A stretch of 64,000 nucleotides of DNA from Pseudonocardiaceae bacterium. GTDB lineage: Bacteria; Actinomycetota; Actinomycetes; Mycobacteriales; Pseudonocardiaceae. Positions 1 through 9,361 of this stretch are shown piece by piece. The notes beneath the pieces were generated by a model that did no database searches, was not told the origin of the DNA, and worked only from the letters and a program-made list of their open reading frames with translations. The stretch covers positions 3,856 through 67,855 of the forward strand of contig DASTLT010000169.1 in assembly GCA_035714625.1 (NCBI GenBank), written 5' to 3'. The stretch's first letter is position 1. Each line of letters starts with the position of its first letter. The translations under genes were made by a program, and so were the position numbers.

Positions 1-77
1 CCGGTCAGCGCTCGCGGCCCGGGGTCGGGCGGGTCAGGAAGCGCCGTGTCGGCCGGGTCAGGAAGAAGGGCAGCTAG

Positions 78-2831
78 GTGTTTGGGCTGGGACGTCGAGG
101 TGGCCATAAGCTGCCCGGGGAGGCGGTGGCCCCCACCTACACCCCGTCGATCGCGCTGCGCTGTATCGACGGGCATCTGGTACGTACTGCGCACGAGGTC
201 TACGCCTGGTACCGGCTGGCGCCGCAGCGCTGGTCGTTTCGTTCCGATGCACAACGCCAGGACCTGATTCACGCCATCGCCGGCCAGTACGCCGAGTTGC
301 AGGGCCGGTGGCTGCATCTGCGGGTGACCACCCGGCCGTATCCGATCCGGATGTGGGCTGAGGCGCACGTGCGCAATGCGGTGAACCGGCTGCCCGACGT
401 GGACGAGGCGTTGTCCTTCGACGACTACCTGGTCGGTGAGCAGCAGCAGTTGCTGGGTCGGTCGATGGCCGAGAAGGAAGTCTATCTGGGGGTGCAGGTG
501 CAGACCCGCACCCTGGTCGACCGGGCGGTGGAGCGGGCCGCGCCGGTGCTGCGCCGGGTGTTCCCCAGCGCGGTGGACGCCGAACTGGTCGCCCTCGACG
601 CCGAGATCGAGCACCTGGACCAGGTGATCGGGACGGCCGGGTTGGAAGGCCGCCCGATCAGCGCGGAGGAGATGTCCTGGCTGATGCACCGGTCGTGCTC
701 GCTGGGCCTGCCCGCGCCGCGCAACCTGCCTGCCGCGCCCGGAGTGGGCTGGGAGCCGGAGGATTTGGCCAGCTTCACCGACGCCGCGGACTTTCACGCC
801 GAGCCCTATGCCCCCACACTGACCGTGCGCGGCCGTACCGGTTCCAATGCCGGGACCACCCGGCACCTGGCGGTGCTGACCGTGGGACAGATGCACGGGC
901 TGGCCATCCCGGAGATCGACGACCCCTGGGTGCAGCGTGCCGACCGGCTGCCCGCCGGAGTGGAGTGGTCGGCCCGGATTTACGTGCGCCGTCCCGAGGA
1001 TGTGGCCGGGGAACTGGCCCGGCAGATGAACAAGGTGCGCTCGCAGGTGCGCCACTACACCGACGAGCACGACCTGGAGCCACCCCAGTCGCTGGCCCGC
1101 CAGGCCGCCCGGGTGCTGGAGATCGACGACGAGATGACTTCCGGGTTCACCGCGCTGGCCACCCGGGTGCGCTCCTGGTGGCGGCTGAGCGTCGCGGGCC
1201 CCACCCAGAAGGATGCCCTGCGGCTGGCTCAGCAGTTGCTCGACCTGTACAAGCCCAAGGTCGCGATCGAGCACCCCGAGGCGCAGTACGCGCTGGCCCG
1301 GGAGTTCATCCCGGGCGAGCCGCTGTCCTCCGGGGCCTATCTGCGCCGGGGGTCGGTGGTCTGGGCGGCCTCTGCGGTGCCGACGGCCACCGCGGAGGTA
1401 GGGGACCGGCGCGGCATCCTGTTGGGCGAGACGTGCACCGCCACCCGTCGTCCGGTGGCCTGGGACCCCTGGATGGCGCAGGAGATCCGGGATTCCTCGG
1501 GCCTGACTGCATTGGTGGCCGGGCTCGGTGGTGGGAAGTCGTTCCTCGGTGGCGGGATTGTGTATAAGACGTTGCGGGCCGGGGCGTACTGGACCCTGCT
1601 GGATCCTTCGGGTCCGCTGACCAGGCTGTGTGAGTTACCTGAGTTGCGGCCCTATGCCCGGCCGATCAACCTGCTCAATGCCCAGCCGGGCATTCTCAAT
1701 CCTTACCGGGTGGTCGCTGAGCCGGAGCTGGTGCATTTTTTGGATGAGGAGGATCCGGAACGGGCCTGGCGGCGGGAGAAGGCGCTGACCGCAGCTACCC
1801 GGCGGCGGCTGGTGCTCGACGTGCTCACCGGGGTGCTGCCGTTTGAGGTGGCCCGGATGGCGCAGACCCGGATTGTGCTGTTGCGGGCGGTGCGGGCGGT
1901 GGGTGGGCGCCCCGATGCGCACCCCGGGCAAGTGTTCGAGATCTTGCGCCGGGATCCGTCCGAACATCACGAGCATGCCGTGGTGGTGGCCGACTTTCTC
2001 GACGAGATGCGGGAGCGGATGTCGTTGCTCATTCCCGACGAGGGGGCCGATCCCTATACCGAGGTGCGCGACGACCGGCTGACCGTGCTGACCATGACCG
2101 GGCTGAACCTGCCCAAGGACGGGGTGGGGCGCGAGCACTGGACCGATGCCGAGGCGCTGGGCATCGAGCTGTTGAACCTGGCCGCGTGGCTGACCCAGCG
2201 TTCGATCTATGAGCGGCCCCGGGATCAGCGCAAGGGGGTCTGGATCGACGAGGCGTTCTTCCTGTCCGAAGTGCCCACCGGCCGGGTACTGATGAACCGG
2301 TTCGCCCGCGACTCGCGGAAGTGGAATGTGCGGGTGCTGCTGTCGTCACAGATCCCGGCGGACTTCCTGAAGATCCAGGGCTTCGTGTCGCTGCTGGACT
2401 CGGTGTTTGTCGGGCGGCTGGACGACGGGCCCGCGCAGGCCGACGCGCTGCGGTTGCTCAAGGTGCCGGTCGACGCCGGCTATGAGCACGTAGTAGCCGC
2501 GTTGGGTCGCCGTCCCGGCGGGGACCGGCTGGCCACCGAACGGGACCGGGCTCCGCGGCAGTTCATCTTCGGTGACGGCGCGGGCGGGGTCGAGCGGATC
2601 CGGGTGGACTTCTCCGGCCCGCACCTGGAGCACCTGTGCGCCGTGCTGGACACCACCCCCGACGCCCAGCGCCGCAACATCCCGACCAGGCCGGAGGCCG
2701 CCACCCTCCAGCCCGATCGGGAGGCGGCCACCGGTCAGGTGCTGGGCCAGGGCGGCGCTGAGTTCGACCCGAAACTGAACGGGGAGCTGGAGGCGGCCGC
2801 GGACGAACCGACCGCCAGGGCGAACGCGTGA
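78..2831 (+). CDS. VirB4/TraC-like conjugation (type IV secretion-like) ATPase; the 'ATP-binding protein' of actinobacterial SCO6880-type transfer clusters
   Basis: 917-aa ORF. Walker A VAGLGGGKSF and Walker B-like KGVWIDEAFF. The GTG start directly follows a TAG (75-77) that closes a frame open from the window edge. The stop overlaps the next start (GTGA 2828-2831). The neighbours (membrane protein, C40 hydrolase) fit a conjugation module. Family call is from memory of the architecture. Confidence 0.6.
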   Translation: MFGLGRRGGHKLPGEAVAPTYTPSIALRCIDGHLVRTAHEVYAWYRLAPQRWSFRSDAQRQDLIHAIAGQYAELQGRWLHLRVTTRPYPIRMWAEAHVRNAVNRLPDVDEALSFDDYLVGEQQQLLGRSMAEKEVYLGVQVQTRTLVDRAVERAAPVLRRVFPSAVDAELVALDAEIEHLDQVIGTAGLEGRPISAEEMSWLMHRSCSLGLPAPRNLPAAPGVGWEPEDLASFTDAADFHAEPYAPTLTVRGRTGSNAGTTRHLAVLTVGQMHGLAIPEIDDPWVQRADRLPAGVEWSARIYVRRPEDVAGELARQMNKVRSQVRHYTDEHDLEPPQSLARQAARVLEIDDEMTSGFTALATRVRSWWRLSVAGPTQKDALRLAQQLLDLYKPKVAIEHPEAQYALAREFIPGEPLSSGAYLRRGSVVWAASAVPTATAEVGDRRGILLGETCTATRRPVAWDPWMAQEIRDSSGLTALVAGLGGGKSFLGGGIVYKTLRAGAYWTLLDPSGPLTRLCELPELRPYARPINLLNAQPGILNPYRVVAEPELVHFLDEEDPERAWRREKALTAATRRRLVLDVLTGVLPFEVARMAQTRIVLLRAVRAVGGRPDAHPGQVFEILRRDPSEHHEHAVVVADFLDEMRERMSLLIPDEGADPYTEVRDDRLTVLTMTGLNLPKDGVGREHWTDAEALGIELLNLAAWLTQRSIYERPRDQRKGVWIDEAFFLSEVPTGRVLMNRFARDSRKWNVRVLLSSQIPADFLKIQGFVSLLDSVFVGRLDDGPAQADALRLLKVPVDAGYEHVVAALGRRPGGDRLATERDRAPRQFIFGDGAGGVERIRVDFSGPHLEHLCAVLDTTPDAQRRNIPTRPEAATLQPDREAATGQVLGQGGAEFDPKLNGELEAAADEPTARANA

Positions 2832-4831
2832 TCATCCGGCTGGTGTTCGTCATGGTGCTCGCGCTGCTGGGGGTCCAGGCGCTGCTGGGCGTGCCCGCGT
2901 GGGCGCAGGTCCCCGGCGTGGAGGACTGCAAGGAGGCGCCTAACCCGGAACGGCCCGGAGCCGGCATGGTCGGCGCGCTGGATCCGACACCGCTGGAGGC
3001 AGGCGCGCCGGACAGCGTGTACCGGGAGGTCGGCTACGCCGGGCTGGTCTGGCACACCTACGACCTGGGCTGTGGCCCCTCGGGGGTGCGCAACCCGGAA
3101 GCGGTGATCGATACCTGGACCGGCAACCTGCTGTTCAACGTCGGCAAGGTGATCGTCGGCGCGGCCAACGGGCTGCACTACGCACTGGCCGACGGGGGCC
3201 TGCTCGCCCCACTGGACGACCTGATCGTCTCCGGTACCGCCGGGCTCTATGACAGCGTGTACGCGCCCTGGCTCGGGTTGGTCGCCGTGCTGCTGGCGAT
3301 CGTGATGTTCCGCTCGATCTGGCGGGGTGACCTGGCCACCGTCAGCAAGCGGGCGGCCTGGGCACTGGCCGGCATCTGGCTGGCCGCGGCGACCTACCTC
3401 ACGCCGATCTTGTACACCCAGGTGCTCGACGAGGTGCTGGTGAACGGCAGCAACCAGGTCCGGACCGGGTTCCTGCAGGAGGTCGGGATCGAGCAGCGCG
3501 ACGCGCTGCCGACCCTGCTGCACGACCAGATCGTCTACCGCAACTGGCTGCGCGGGGAGTTCGGCTCTCCGGACGGGCCACAGGCCCAGCAACTGGGCCG
3601 GGATCTGGTGCGCGCGCAGGCCTACACCAAACAGGAGATCGCCCAGGGCGCGGACGACCCGAGCTCGGGGGTGGAGGCCCGCAAGAAACAGGAGTACGAG
3701 ACCATCGCCACCCGCACCGGCAGCGCTTACGGCTACTTCCAGGGGGTGGACGGCAGCCGGATCGGGGTCGGGTTCCTGGCCGCACTGCAGTCGGGCATGT
3801 TCGCGCTGTTCCAGTTGCTCTCCCAGGCCGCATTGCTGCTGGCCCAGATCGTGTTGCGGGTGGTCGTGCTGCTGGGCCCGGTGATCGGCCTGGTCGCGAT
3901 CCTGTACCACGAGCTGCTACGCGGGATCGGCCGGGCGGTGGGCGCCGCGTTGCTCAACGTCATCGTGCTCTCGGCGTTGACCGCCCTGCACGCCCTGGTC
4001 CTGGTGTGGGTGTTCAACCCTGCCCACAGCATGTCGGTGCTGGCCCAGATGCTGCTCGCCGGGCTGATCACGCTGGTGATGTTGCTGGTGGCGCGTCCGG
4101 TCCGGCGGATGTGGCAGATGGTGCAGCTCTCGGTCGGCGCCGTGGGGGGCACGGTGCCCGCCGCTGCGCCGGGAGTGCTGGCCCGGTTGCGGCGACGCCC
4201 GGCGGGCGAGGAACCCACCGCCTCGGAGCGGTTCTGGGACGAGACCCGCGGGGGCGTTCCAGGTACGGCGGGTGACGCCGCCCCCGGCCGGCCTCGTCCG
4301 GAAGGGGGCGTCCCGGTGACGGCCACCGCGCAGCGGTTGGACCGCCCGGGCAGTGGGCCGTCCGTGGTCCCGGTGCCCGTTGCGCTTGACCCGGGCCGGC
4401 CAGGTACCGCCCCCTGGTCACGGCCGGGGCACGACGGCGCTGCGGCGCTGCCGGCCGGATCCGGGTCCGGGTCCGGGCCGGCTGGGCCGGCGTCGGCTGG
4501 GTCTGGGTCGGCTGGGTCTGGGTCGGCTGGGTCGTCAGGGTGGGGTGGGCACGGTTCCCGCCTGGATCCGGTGCCCGCACTGCCGGCCGAACACAGCTCC
4601 ACCGCCAGCGCCCGCAGCCGGTTGTCGGACGTGTCGCCGGTGGTCCAGACCACGAGTTGGGACCGGGTCGACGACGAGCCGGTGTACGTGCCGTCCCGGT
4701 CGGCGACACCGCCCGCAGAGCCGCGCCGGGCCGAGCTGGAGGAGGTCGCCGGCCGGCCGGTGTGGGTGGTGTACCGGCCCTCGGCCGGGCTCGAGGTCAA
4801 CGACGGTGACAGCGGCCGGGCCGCAGACTGA
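2828..4831 (+). CDS. polytopic integral membrane protein with a Pro/Gly/Ser-rich C-terminal tail (conjugation-module membrane component)
   Basis: 667-aa ORF translationally coupled to the ATPase. N-terminal signal-like segment MIIRLVFVMVLALLGVQALLGVPAWA and several long hydrophobic stretches. The C-terminal ~200 aa are low complexity (SGSGSGPAGPASAGSGSAGSGSAGSS). Confidence 0.55.
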   Translation: MIIRLVFVMVLALLGVQALLGVPAWAQVPGVEDCKEAPNPERPGAGMVGALDPTPLEAGAPDSVYREVGYAGLVWHTYDLGCGPSGVRNPEAVIDTWTGNLLFNVGKVIVGAANGLHYALADGGLLAPLDDLIVSGTAGLYDSVYAPWLGLVAVLLAIVMFRSIWRGDLATVSKRAAWALAGIWLAAATYLTPILYTQVLDEVLVNGSNQVRTGFLQEVGIEQRDALPTLLHDQIVYRNWLRGEFGSPDGPQAQQLGRDLVRAQAYTKQEIAQGADDPSSGVEARKKQEYETIATRTGSAYGYFQGVDGSRIGVGFLAALQSGMFALFQLLSQAALLLAQIVLRVVVLLGPVIGLVAILYHELLRGIGRAVGAALLNVIVLSALTALHALVLVWVFNPAHSMSVLAQMLLAGLITLVMLLVARPVRRMWQMVQLSVGAVGGTVPAAAPGVLARLRRRPAGEEPTASERFWDETRGGVPGTAGDAAPGRPRPEGGVPVTATAQRLDRPGSGPSVVPVPVALDPGRPGTAPWSRPGHDGAAALPAGSGSGSGPAGPASAGSGSAGSGSAGSSGWGGHGSRLDPVPALPAEHSSTASARSRLSDVSPVVQTTSWDRVDDEPVYVPSRSATPPAEPRRAELEEVAGRPVWVVYRPSAGLEVNDGDSGRAAD

Positions 4832-4849
4832 GCGGGGGAGGGCAGCGCA

Positions 4850-5422
4850 GTGCCGATCCGGACGCATCGTGGCCGCGCCGCAGTTTACCGCGCGATCTGG
4901 GGCTGGCCGGTGCGGTCGCCCAGGCACCTGGCGGCCCTGGTGCTGGTGCTTGCCACGGTCGCGGCCGGGTTGGCCCTGGTGCTGCCCGACGGGACCAGCA
5001 GCCCGACCACGGCGACGCCGCCGAGCAGCGCCCGGGTGAACCCGTTCGACCCCACCTCCCGCGCGGAGCTGCCCGGCGCCAGGCCAGACCTGTCCGCTTC
5101 CCGGCTCGGCGAGGCCCCGCACGAGGCACTGACCGTGGCGGAGGCCTGGGTGCGGGCGTTCCTGACCGTCCCCGAGGGCATCAGCTCGGTGCAGTGGGCC
5201 GAGCAGATGCGGCCCTACACCACCGCGGAGACCCTGCCCACCCTGCAGTCGGTCGACCCGGCGAACGTGCCGGACGCCCGGGTCATCGGCACCCCCCGCA
5301 CGGTCACCTTGGCCGCAGGCAAGGCCGAGGTGGACGTGCCCACCACGGCAGGGGTGGTGCGGCTGCTGCTGGTCCCCACGCCCGCCGGGTGGCGGGTGTC
5401 CAGCTTCGAGCAGGCGGGCTGA
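4850..5422 (+). CDS. membrane-anchored hypothetical protein (single N-terminal TM helix)
   Basis: 190-aa ORF in the same operon-like run. Hydrophobic segment LAALVLVLATVAAGLALVL followed by a Pro/Thr/Ser linker. No recognisable catalytic motif. Confidence 0.45.
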   Translation: MPIRTHRGRAAVYRAIWGWPVRSPRHLAALVLVLATVAAGLALVLPDGTSSPTTATPPSSARVNPFDPTSRAELPGARPDLSASRLGEAPHEALTVAEAWVRAFLTVPEGISSVQWAEQMRPYTTAETLPTLQSVDPANVPDARVIGTPRTVTLAAGKAEVDVPTTAGVVRLLLVPTPAGWRVSSFEQAG

Positions 5423-5425
5423 GCC

Positions 5426-6433
5426 ATGCGGCGATGGCTGGTCGCGTTGCTGGTGGTCGCTGCGTTCGGCAGTCTCATCGCGGTGGGCGCGATCGCCACT
5501 CTGCTCGGTGGGCTGACCAGCGGTGGGGCCATGGGAGCGCCCTGTGGTGTGGTGCTGGCCGCCGCCGATCCCCGCGAAGCGCCCCCGATGGTGGTCCGGG
5601 CCGGTGACCTGGATGCGGAGCAGCAACGCAACGCCGAGCTGATCATCGCGATCGGCAAGCAGCGCGGCCTGCCGCCCCGGGCCTGGCAGATCGCCATCCA
5701 GGCCGGGATGACCGAATCCCGGCTGCACAACCTGGACTACGGCGACCGTGACTCACTCGGCATCTTCCAGATGCGTCCCTCGCAGGGCTGGGGCACCCCC
5801 GCGCAGGTCACCGACCCCGTCTACCAGATCCACAAGTTCTACGACGTGCTGCTGGAGGTACCGGACTGGGAGACCCGCCGTCCCGGGGACTCCGCGCAGG
5901 CCGTCGAGCGGTCCGCCTTTCCCACCCGGTACCACCAGTGGGAAACCCTCGCCGTCGACCTGATCACCACCCGCGGCGGGGACATCGAAGCCTTCACCAA
6001 GGACTTCTGCCCCGAGGAACTGCCGGCCGTCCCGCCGTCCGAGGTCGCCGAGCGGGCCATCGCCTTCGCCCTCGATGAGATCGGCAAGCCCTACGTCTGG
6101 GGTGCCGAAGGCCCGCACGCCTACGACTGCTCGGGACTGATGATGCGGGCCTACGAGTCCGCCGGGGTCACGCTGCCCCGCACCTCCCGGGAGCAGTATT
6201 GGGCCGGTACCCAGTTGCCGGTGCGCGAGGCACAACCCGGGGATCTGCTGTTCTGGGGCTATGACACCGCCGACCCGGACAGCATTCACCACGTCGCGAT
6301 GTACCTGGGCAACGGGCAGATGGTCGAGGCGGCCAACCCCAGCGTGCCGCTGCGGCAACGGTCCGTGGGCTTCGATGAGGACGAGCTGATGCCGTTCGCC
6401 GTCCGGCCAGGAGTGCCGGACGTCAGCGCCTGA
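5426..6433 (+). CDS. secreted cell-wall hydrolase: N-terminal transglycosylase-like region + C-terminal NlpC/P60 (C40) peptidase
   Basis: 335 aa with an N-terminal TM/signal. NlpC/P60 signature GKPYVWGAEGPHAYDCSGLMMRAY ... IHHVAMYLGNGQMVEA. Its position after the VirB4-like ATPase is typical of Gram-positive conjugation modules. Confidence 0.8.
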   Translation: MRRWLVALLVVAAFGSLIAVGAIATLLGGLTSGGAMGAPCGVVLAAADPREAPPMVVRAGDLDAEQQRNAELIIAIGKQRGLPPRAWQIAIQAGMTESRLHNLDYGDRDSLGIFQMRPSQGWGTPAQVTDPVYQIHKFYDVLLEVPDWETRRPGDSAQAVERSAFPTRYHQWETLAVDLITTRGGDIEAFTKDFCPEELPAVPPSEVAERAIAFALDEIGKPYVWGAEGPHAYDCSGLMMRAYESAGVTLPRTSREQYWAGTQLPVREAQPGDLLFWGYDTADPDSIHHVAMYLGNGQMVEAANPSVPLRQRSVGFDEDELMPFAVRPGVPDVSA

Positions 6434-6448
6434 GTGCGGAGGTGAAAG

Positions 6449-6895
6449 GTGTACACGTCAGAACCGATCCCGCGGCCAACGGGACCACCCGCCTCGGCCA
6501 CCCCCCTGCGGGACTTTCTGTCGGATGTCACGCTCGGGGTCAACGAGGGCTACGTCGTGCTGCCGCGTTCGCTGGCCGAGTCGATGCCGCTGCCCTGGCA
6601 GCAACAGATGGCCCGGCTCATCGACGAGCTGCACCAGACCTACGGCGACCTGCCATGGCCGCTCTATCAGGTAGTGCCCAGCCGGACCGAGCGGCTGGTC
6701 GACCTAGACGAGGGCCAGCTCGCCGAGGCCGGGTATCTGCTGGAGATCGACGCGGCCGGTGAGCTGGTGTACCGCGACCGCCACGACGCGGTGGTACCCG
6801 ATCCGCAGTCCCGGGAGGTCCTGGTGTCCTGCCTGGACCCGATACCCCGCTGCCCCCCGCCGCCCGCGGGCCCCGGCCCCGCACCGCAACTCTGA
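6449..6895 (+). CDS. hypothetical protein
   Basis: 148-aa ORF with typical high-GC codon usage, 15 nt after the hydrolase gene. No motif recognised. Confidence 0.4.
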   Translation: MYTSEPIPRPTGPPASATPLRDFLSDVTLGVNEGYVVLPRSLAESMPLPWQQQMARLIDELHQTYGDLPWPLYQVVPSRTERLVDLDEGQLAEAGYLLEIDAAGELVYRDRHDAVVPDPQSREVLVSCLDPIPRCPPPPAGPGPAPQL

Positions 6896-6900
6896 GCCCG

Positions 6901-7575
6901 ATGCCCCATCCCGACCTCGCCGGGCACACCATCGGGGTGCTCGGCGGCACCGGCCCGCAAGGCCGGGGACTGGCCTACCGCTGGGCGGTGGCCGGGCTGC
7001 CGGTGGTGATCGGCTCGCGGGACGCCGACCGGGCCGGGCACGCCGCTGCCCAGTTGCGGGAGCGCAGCGGCTCGTCCCGGGTCCGCGGAGCGGACAACGC
7101 CCGTTGCGCCGCGGAGTCAGACCTGGTGCTCGTCGCGGTGCCCTTCGACGGCCACGCCTCGTTGCTCGGCTCCCTGCGGGACCCACTCATTGGCAAGATC
7201 GTGATCGACTGCGTGAACCCCCTCGGGTTCGATCAGCGTGGCCCACACGCCAAGCCCGTGCCGGAAGGCAGTGCTGCCGGACAGGCCGCCGCGCTGCTGC
7301 CCAGGTCCCGGGTCACCGCGGCGTTCCACCACGTCTCCGCGGTCCTGCTGGACGATCCCGAGATCACCACGGTGGACACCGACGTGCTGGTGCTGGGCGA
7401 TGACCGGGAAGCCACCGACCTGGTGCGAGCCCTGGCCGACGCCATCCCCGGCATCCGCGGGATCTACGGTGGACGGCTGCGCAACGCCGCCCAGGTGGAG
7501 GCCCTCACCGCCAACCTGATCGCGATCAACAAGCGCTACCGCACCCACGCCGGCCTCCGCATCACCAACCTCTAA
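6901..7575 (+). CDS. npdG: NADPH-dependent F420 reductase
   Basis: 224 aa. N-terminal Rossmann motif IGVLGGTGPQGRGLAYRWAVAGLPVVIGSRDADRA; the length is typical of the family. Confidence 0.75.
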   Translation: MPHPDLAGHTIGVLGGTGPQGRGLAYRWAVAGLPVVIGSRDADRAGHAAAQLRERSGSSRVRGADNARCAAESDLVLVAVPFDGHASLLGSLRDPLIGKIVIDCVNPLGFDQRGPHAKPVPEGSAAGQAAALLPRSRVTAAFHHVSAVLLDDPEITTVDTDVLVLGDDREATDLVRALADAIPGIRGIYGGRLRNAAQVEALTANLIAINKRYRTHAGLRITNL

Positions 7576-7582
7576 ATCCCGC

Positions 7583-7626
7583 GTGTCGGGTCTTCGTGCC
7601 CGCTGTGTCGGGTCTTCGTGCCCGCT
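7583..7626. repeat. perfect tandem direct repeat, 2 x 22 bp (GTGTCGGGTCTTCGTGCCCGCT), starting 7 nt after the npdG stop
   Basis: Read directly: 7583-7604 and 7605-7626 are identical. A related copy pair lies at 16395-16434. Confidence 0.9.
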
Positions 7627-7694
7627 GCGCAGGCTTCACCTGTACTCCCGGGCGCATGGGAGTGGTTGGCTCCTAGCGCCAAGAGGGCGCTAGC

Positions 7695-8105
7695 GTGTTG
7701 GCAGTGCGCGACCGGCTGCCCGACGAGGCCCCCCGCTGGACCGCCGCCGAACGGGAGTTGGCTCGGCAGGTGCTTCAAGGCCGCACGGTGGTGGTCAATG
7801 TGCGTCGTGGTGGACCCCACCGGCGCCTGGTGCCCTGGCTGATCGACCAGGGGCTGATCATCTACGTTGGCCACGCCGGGGCGCGGCACTCCTGGCCGGC
7901 TTCGGACTTCGCCAACCCGTTCCTCAGGCTGGCCCGCACCGACCGGGAGGCGATGGTGCTCCGCTACCGCGGATGGCTCGACAATCAGCCGGAACTGTTG
8001 GCCAAGATCCGGGACGGGGAGCTGACCGGCCGGGCGCTGGGCTGCTGGTGTGCGCCGCAGATCTGCCATGCCGACGTGCTCGCTGAGTACGCGGAGCACG
8101 AATGA
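7695..8105 (+). CDS. DUF4326 domain-containing protein
   Basis: 136 aa. The C-terminal motif GRALGCWCAPQICHADVL is characteristic of DUF4326. Confidence 0.65.
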   Translation: MLAVRDRLPDEAPRWTAAERELARQVLQGRTVVVNVRRGGPHRRLVPWLIDQGLIIYVGHAGARHSWPASDFANPFLRLARTDREAMVLRYRGWLDNQPELLAKIRDGELTGRALGCWCAPQICHADVLAEYAEHE

Positions 8106-8110
8106 GTGGG

Positions 8111-8977
8111 TCAGTGATAGGTGTGCTCCGGGCCGGGATAGCCGCCCGAGCGGACCTCCTCGGCGAAGTGGCTCGCGGCCTCCCGAAGCCCGTCGCCGAG
8201 CCCGGCGTAGGTCTTGACGAACTTCGGCAGGCGCCCACCGGGAATCCGGAAAGCCGCCATGTCCTGCCACACCATGACCTGGGCGTCGCAGTCCGGTCCG
8301 GCACCGATACCGATGGTGGGCACGGTGGTGGCTGCGGTGATCCGGGCGGCGAGCTCGGCGGGCACCACCTCCAAGACGATGGCGAATGCCCCCGCCGCTT
8401 CCAGGGACTTCGCATCCGCCACCAGCCGCTCGCCCTGCTCGCCGCGACCCTGCACCGAGTAACCGCCCAGGACGTGCACCGACTGCGGGGTGAGCCCGAG
8501 GTGGGCCATCACTGGCACGCCCGCCTCAGTCAGCGCCTCAACCTGGGGGACCACCCGCCGTCCCCCCTCCAGCTTCACGGCGTGCGCGCCGGACTCCTTG
8601 AAGAAACGCGCGGCGGTGTCCAGCGCCTGGATCGGCGAGGACTGGTAGGAGCCGAAGGGCAGGTCGGCCACGACGAGCGCCCGCCGGGCGCCGCGTACCA
8701 CGCCGCGTACCAGCGGCACCAGTTCGTCGACAGTCACCGGCACGGTTGTCTCGTAGCCGTAGACGACGTTGGCCGCGGAGTCGCCTACCAGCAGCACAGG
8801 GATGCCCGCGGCATCCAGCAGCGTCGCGGTGGAGTAGTCGTAGGCGGTGAGCATCGCCCACTTCTCCCCGCGGCGCTTGGCCGCGAGAAGGTCCTGAACC
8901 CGGACCCGTCTGACGTTCTGCAGCGGGTCGATTGGTCCACCGTACAAGGTGGGCTCGACAGCAACTGCGGTCATCAT
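8111..8977 (-). CDS. panB: 3-methyl-2-oxobutanoate hydroxymethyltransferase
   Basis: 288 aa. Conserved blocks [47 protein letters not shown]. Confidence 0.9.
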   Translation of the reverse strand: MMTAVAVEPTLYGGPIDPLQNVRRVRVQDLLAAKRRGEKWAMLTAYDYSTATLLDAAGIPVLLVGDSAANVVYGYETTVPVTVDELVPLVRGVVRGARRALVVADLPFGSYQSSPIQALDTAARFFKESGAHAVKLEGGRRVVPQVEALTEAGVPVMAHLGLTPQSVHVLGGYSVQGRGEQGERLVADAKSLEAAGAFAIVLEVVPAELAARITAATTVPTIGIGAGPDCDAQVMVWQDMAAFRIPGGRLPKFVKTYAGLGDGLREAASHFAEEVRSGGYPGPEHTYH

Positions 8978-9117
8978 CGACCGTCCTCCCTCGAGGCCGG
9001 CCGTCCGTCGCCGGTCCCCGGGTCGTGCTGGATGGCTGGTACCTCAGAGCGTGGCACTGAATGTCGGTGCCCGGCATTACCGTGCGACGAGACTCACAGC
9101 TACATCCGGAGGAAGCC

Positions 9118-9301
9118 ATGACCACCGGTACCGATCCGCGGCCGCACCCCTCCGCCGTTCGTCGCCGACCAGCGCGCGATGCTCGCCGCCTGGCTGGACT
9201 ACCACCGGGCCACCCTGGAGATCAGGTGCGACTTCCTCGACCACCCTCGACTTCGCTCCCGGCGTGCAGGGACAGCCTGTCCCGGATCGCTTTTGGAATG
9301 A
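9118..9301 (+). pseudogene. remnant of a DinB-superfamily DUF664 gene (N-terminal ~45 codons only, frameshifted)
   Basis: SD GGAGGAAG then ATG 9118 (MTTGTDPRP...). After a frame change at about 9150, FVADQRAMLAAWLDYHRATLEIRC matches the conserved DUF664 N-terminus (..ML..WLDxHRATL..KC..). Similarity then stops, with a stop at 9299-9301. Confidence 0.3.
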
Positions 9302-9361
9302 CGACGCGACCACCAGGATCGACCGTAGTACGCATGTCATCATGACACCATTTTGCTGCCA

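Noticed and set aside
4441-4540. 15-bp periodic GGCTGGGTCTGGGTC repeat
   Set aside because: It lies inside the membrane-protein CDS and simply encodes a (Ser-Ala-Gly-Ser-Gly)n low-complexity linker. It is not an independent element.
7583-7626. The GTGTCGG 22-bp repeats as GlnR boxes (same 22-bp periodicity, one copy next to glnA2)
   Set aside because: Neither strand fits GTnAC-n6-GAAAC (GTGTC/TCGTG or CACGA/GACAC), and both loci lie downstream of genes rather than in promoters.
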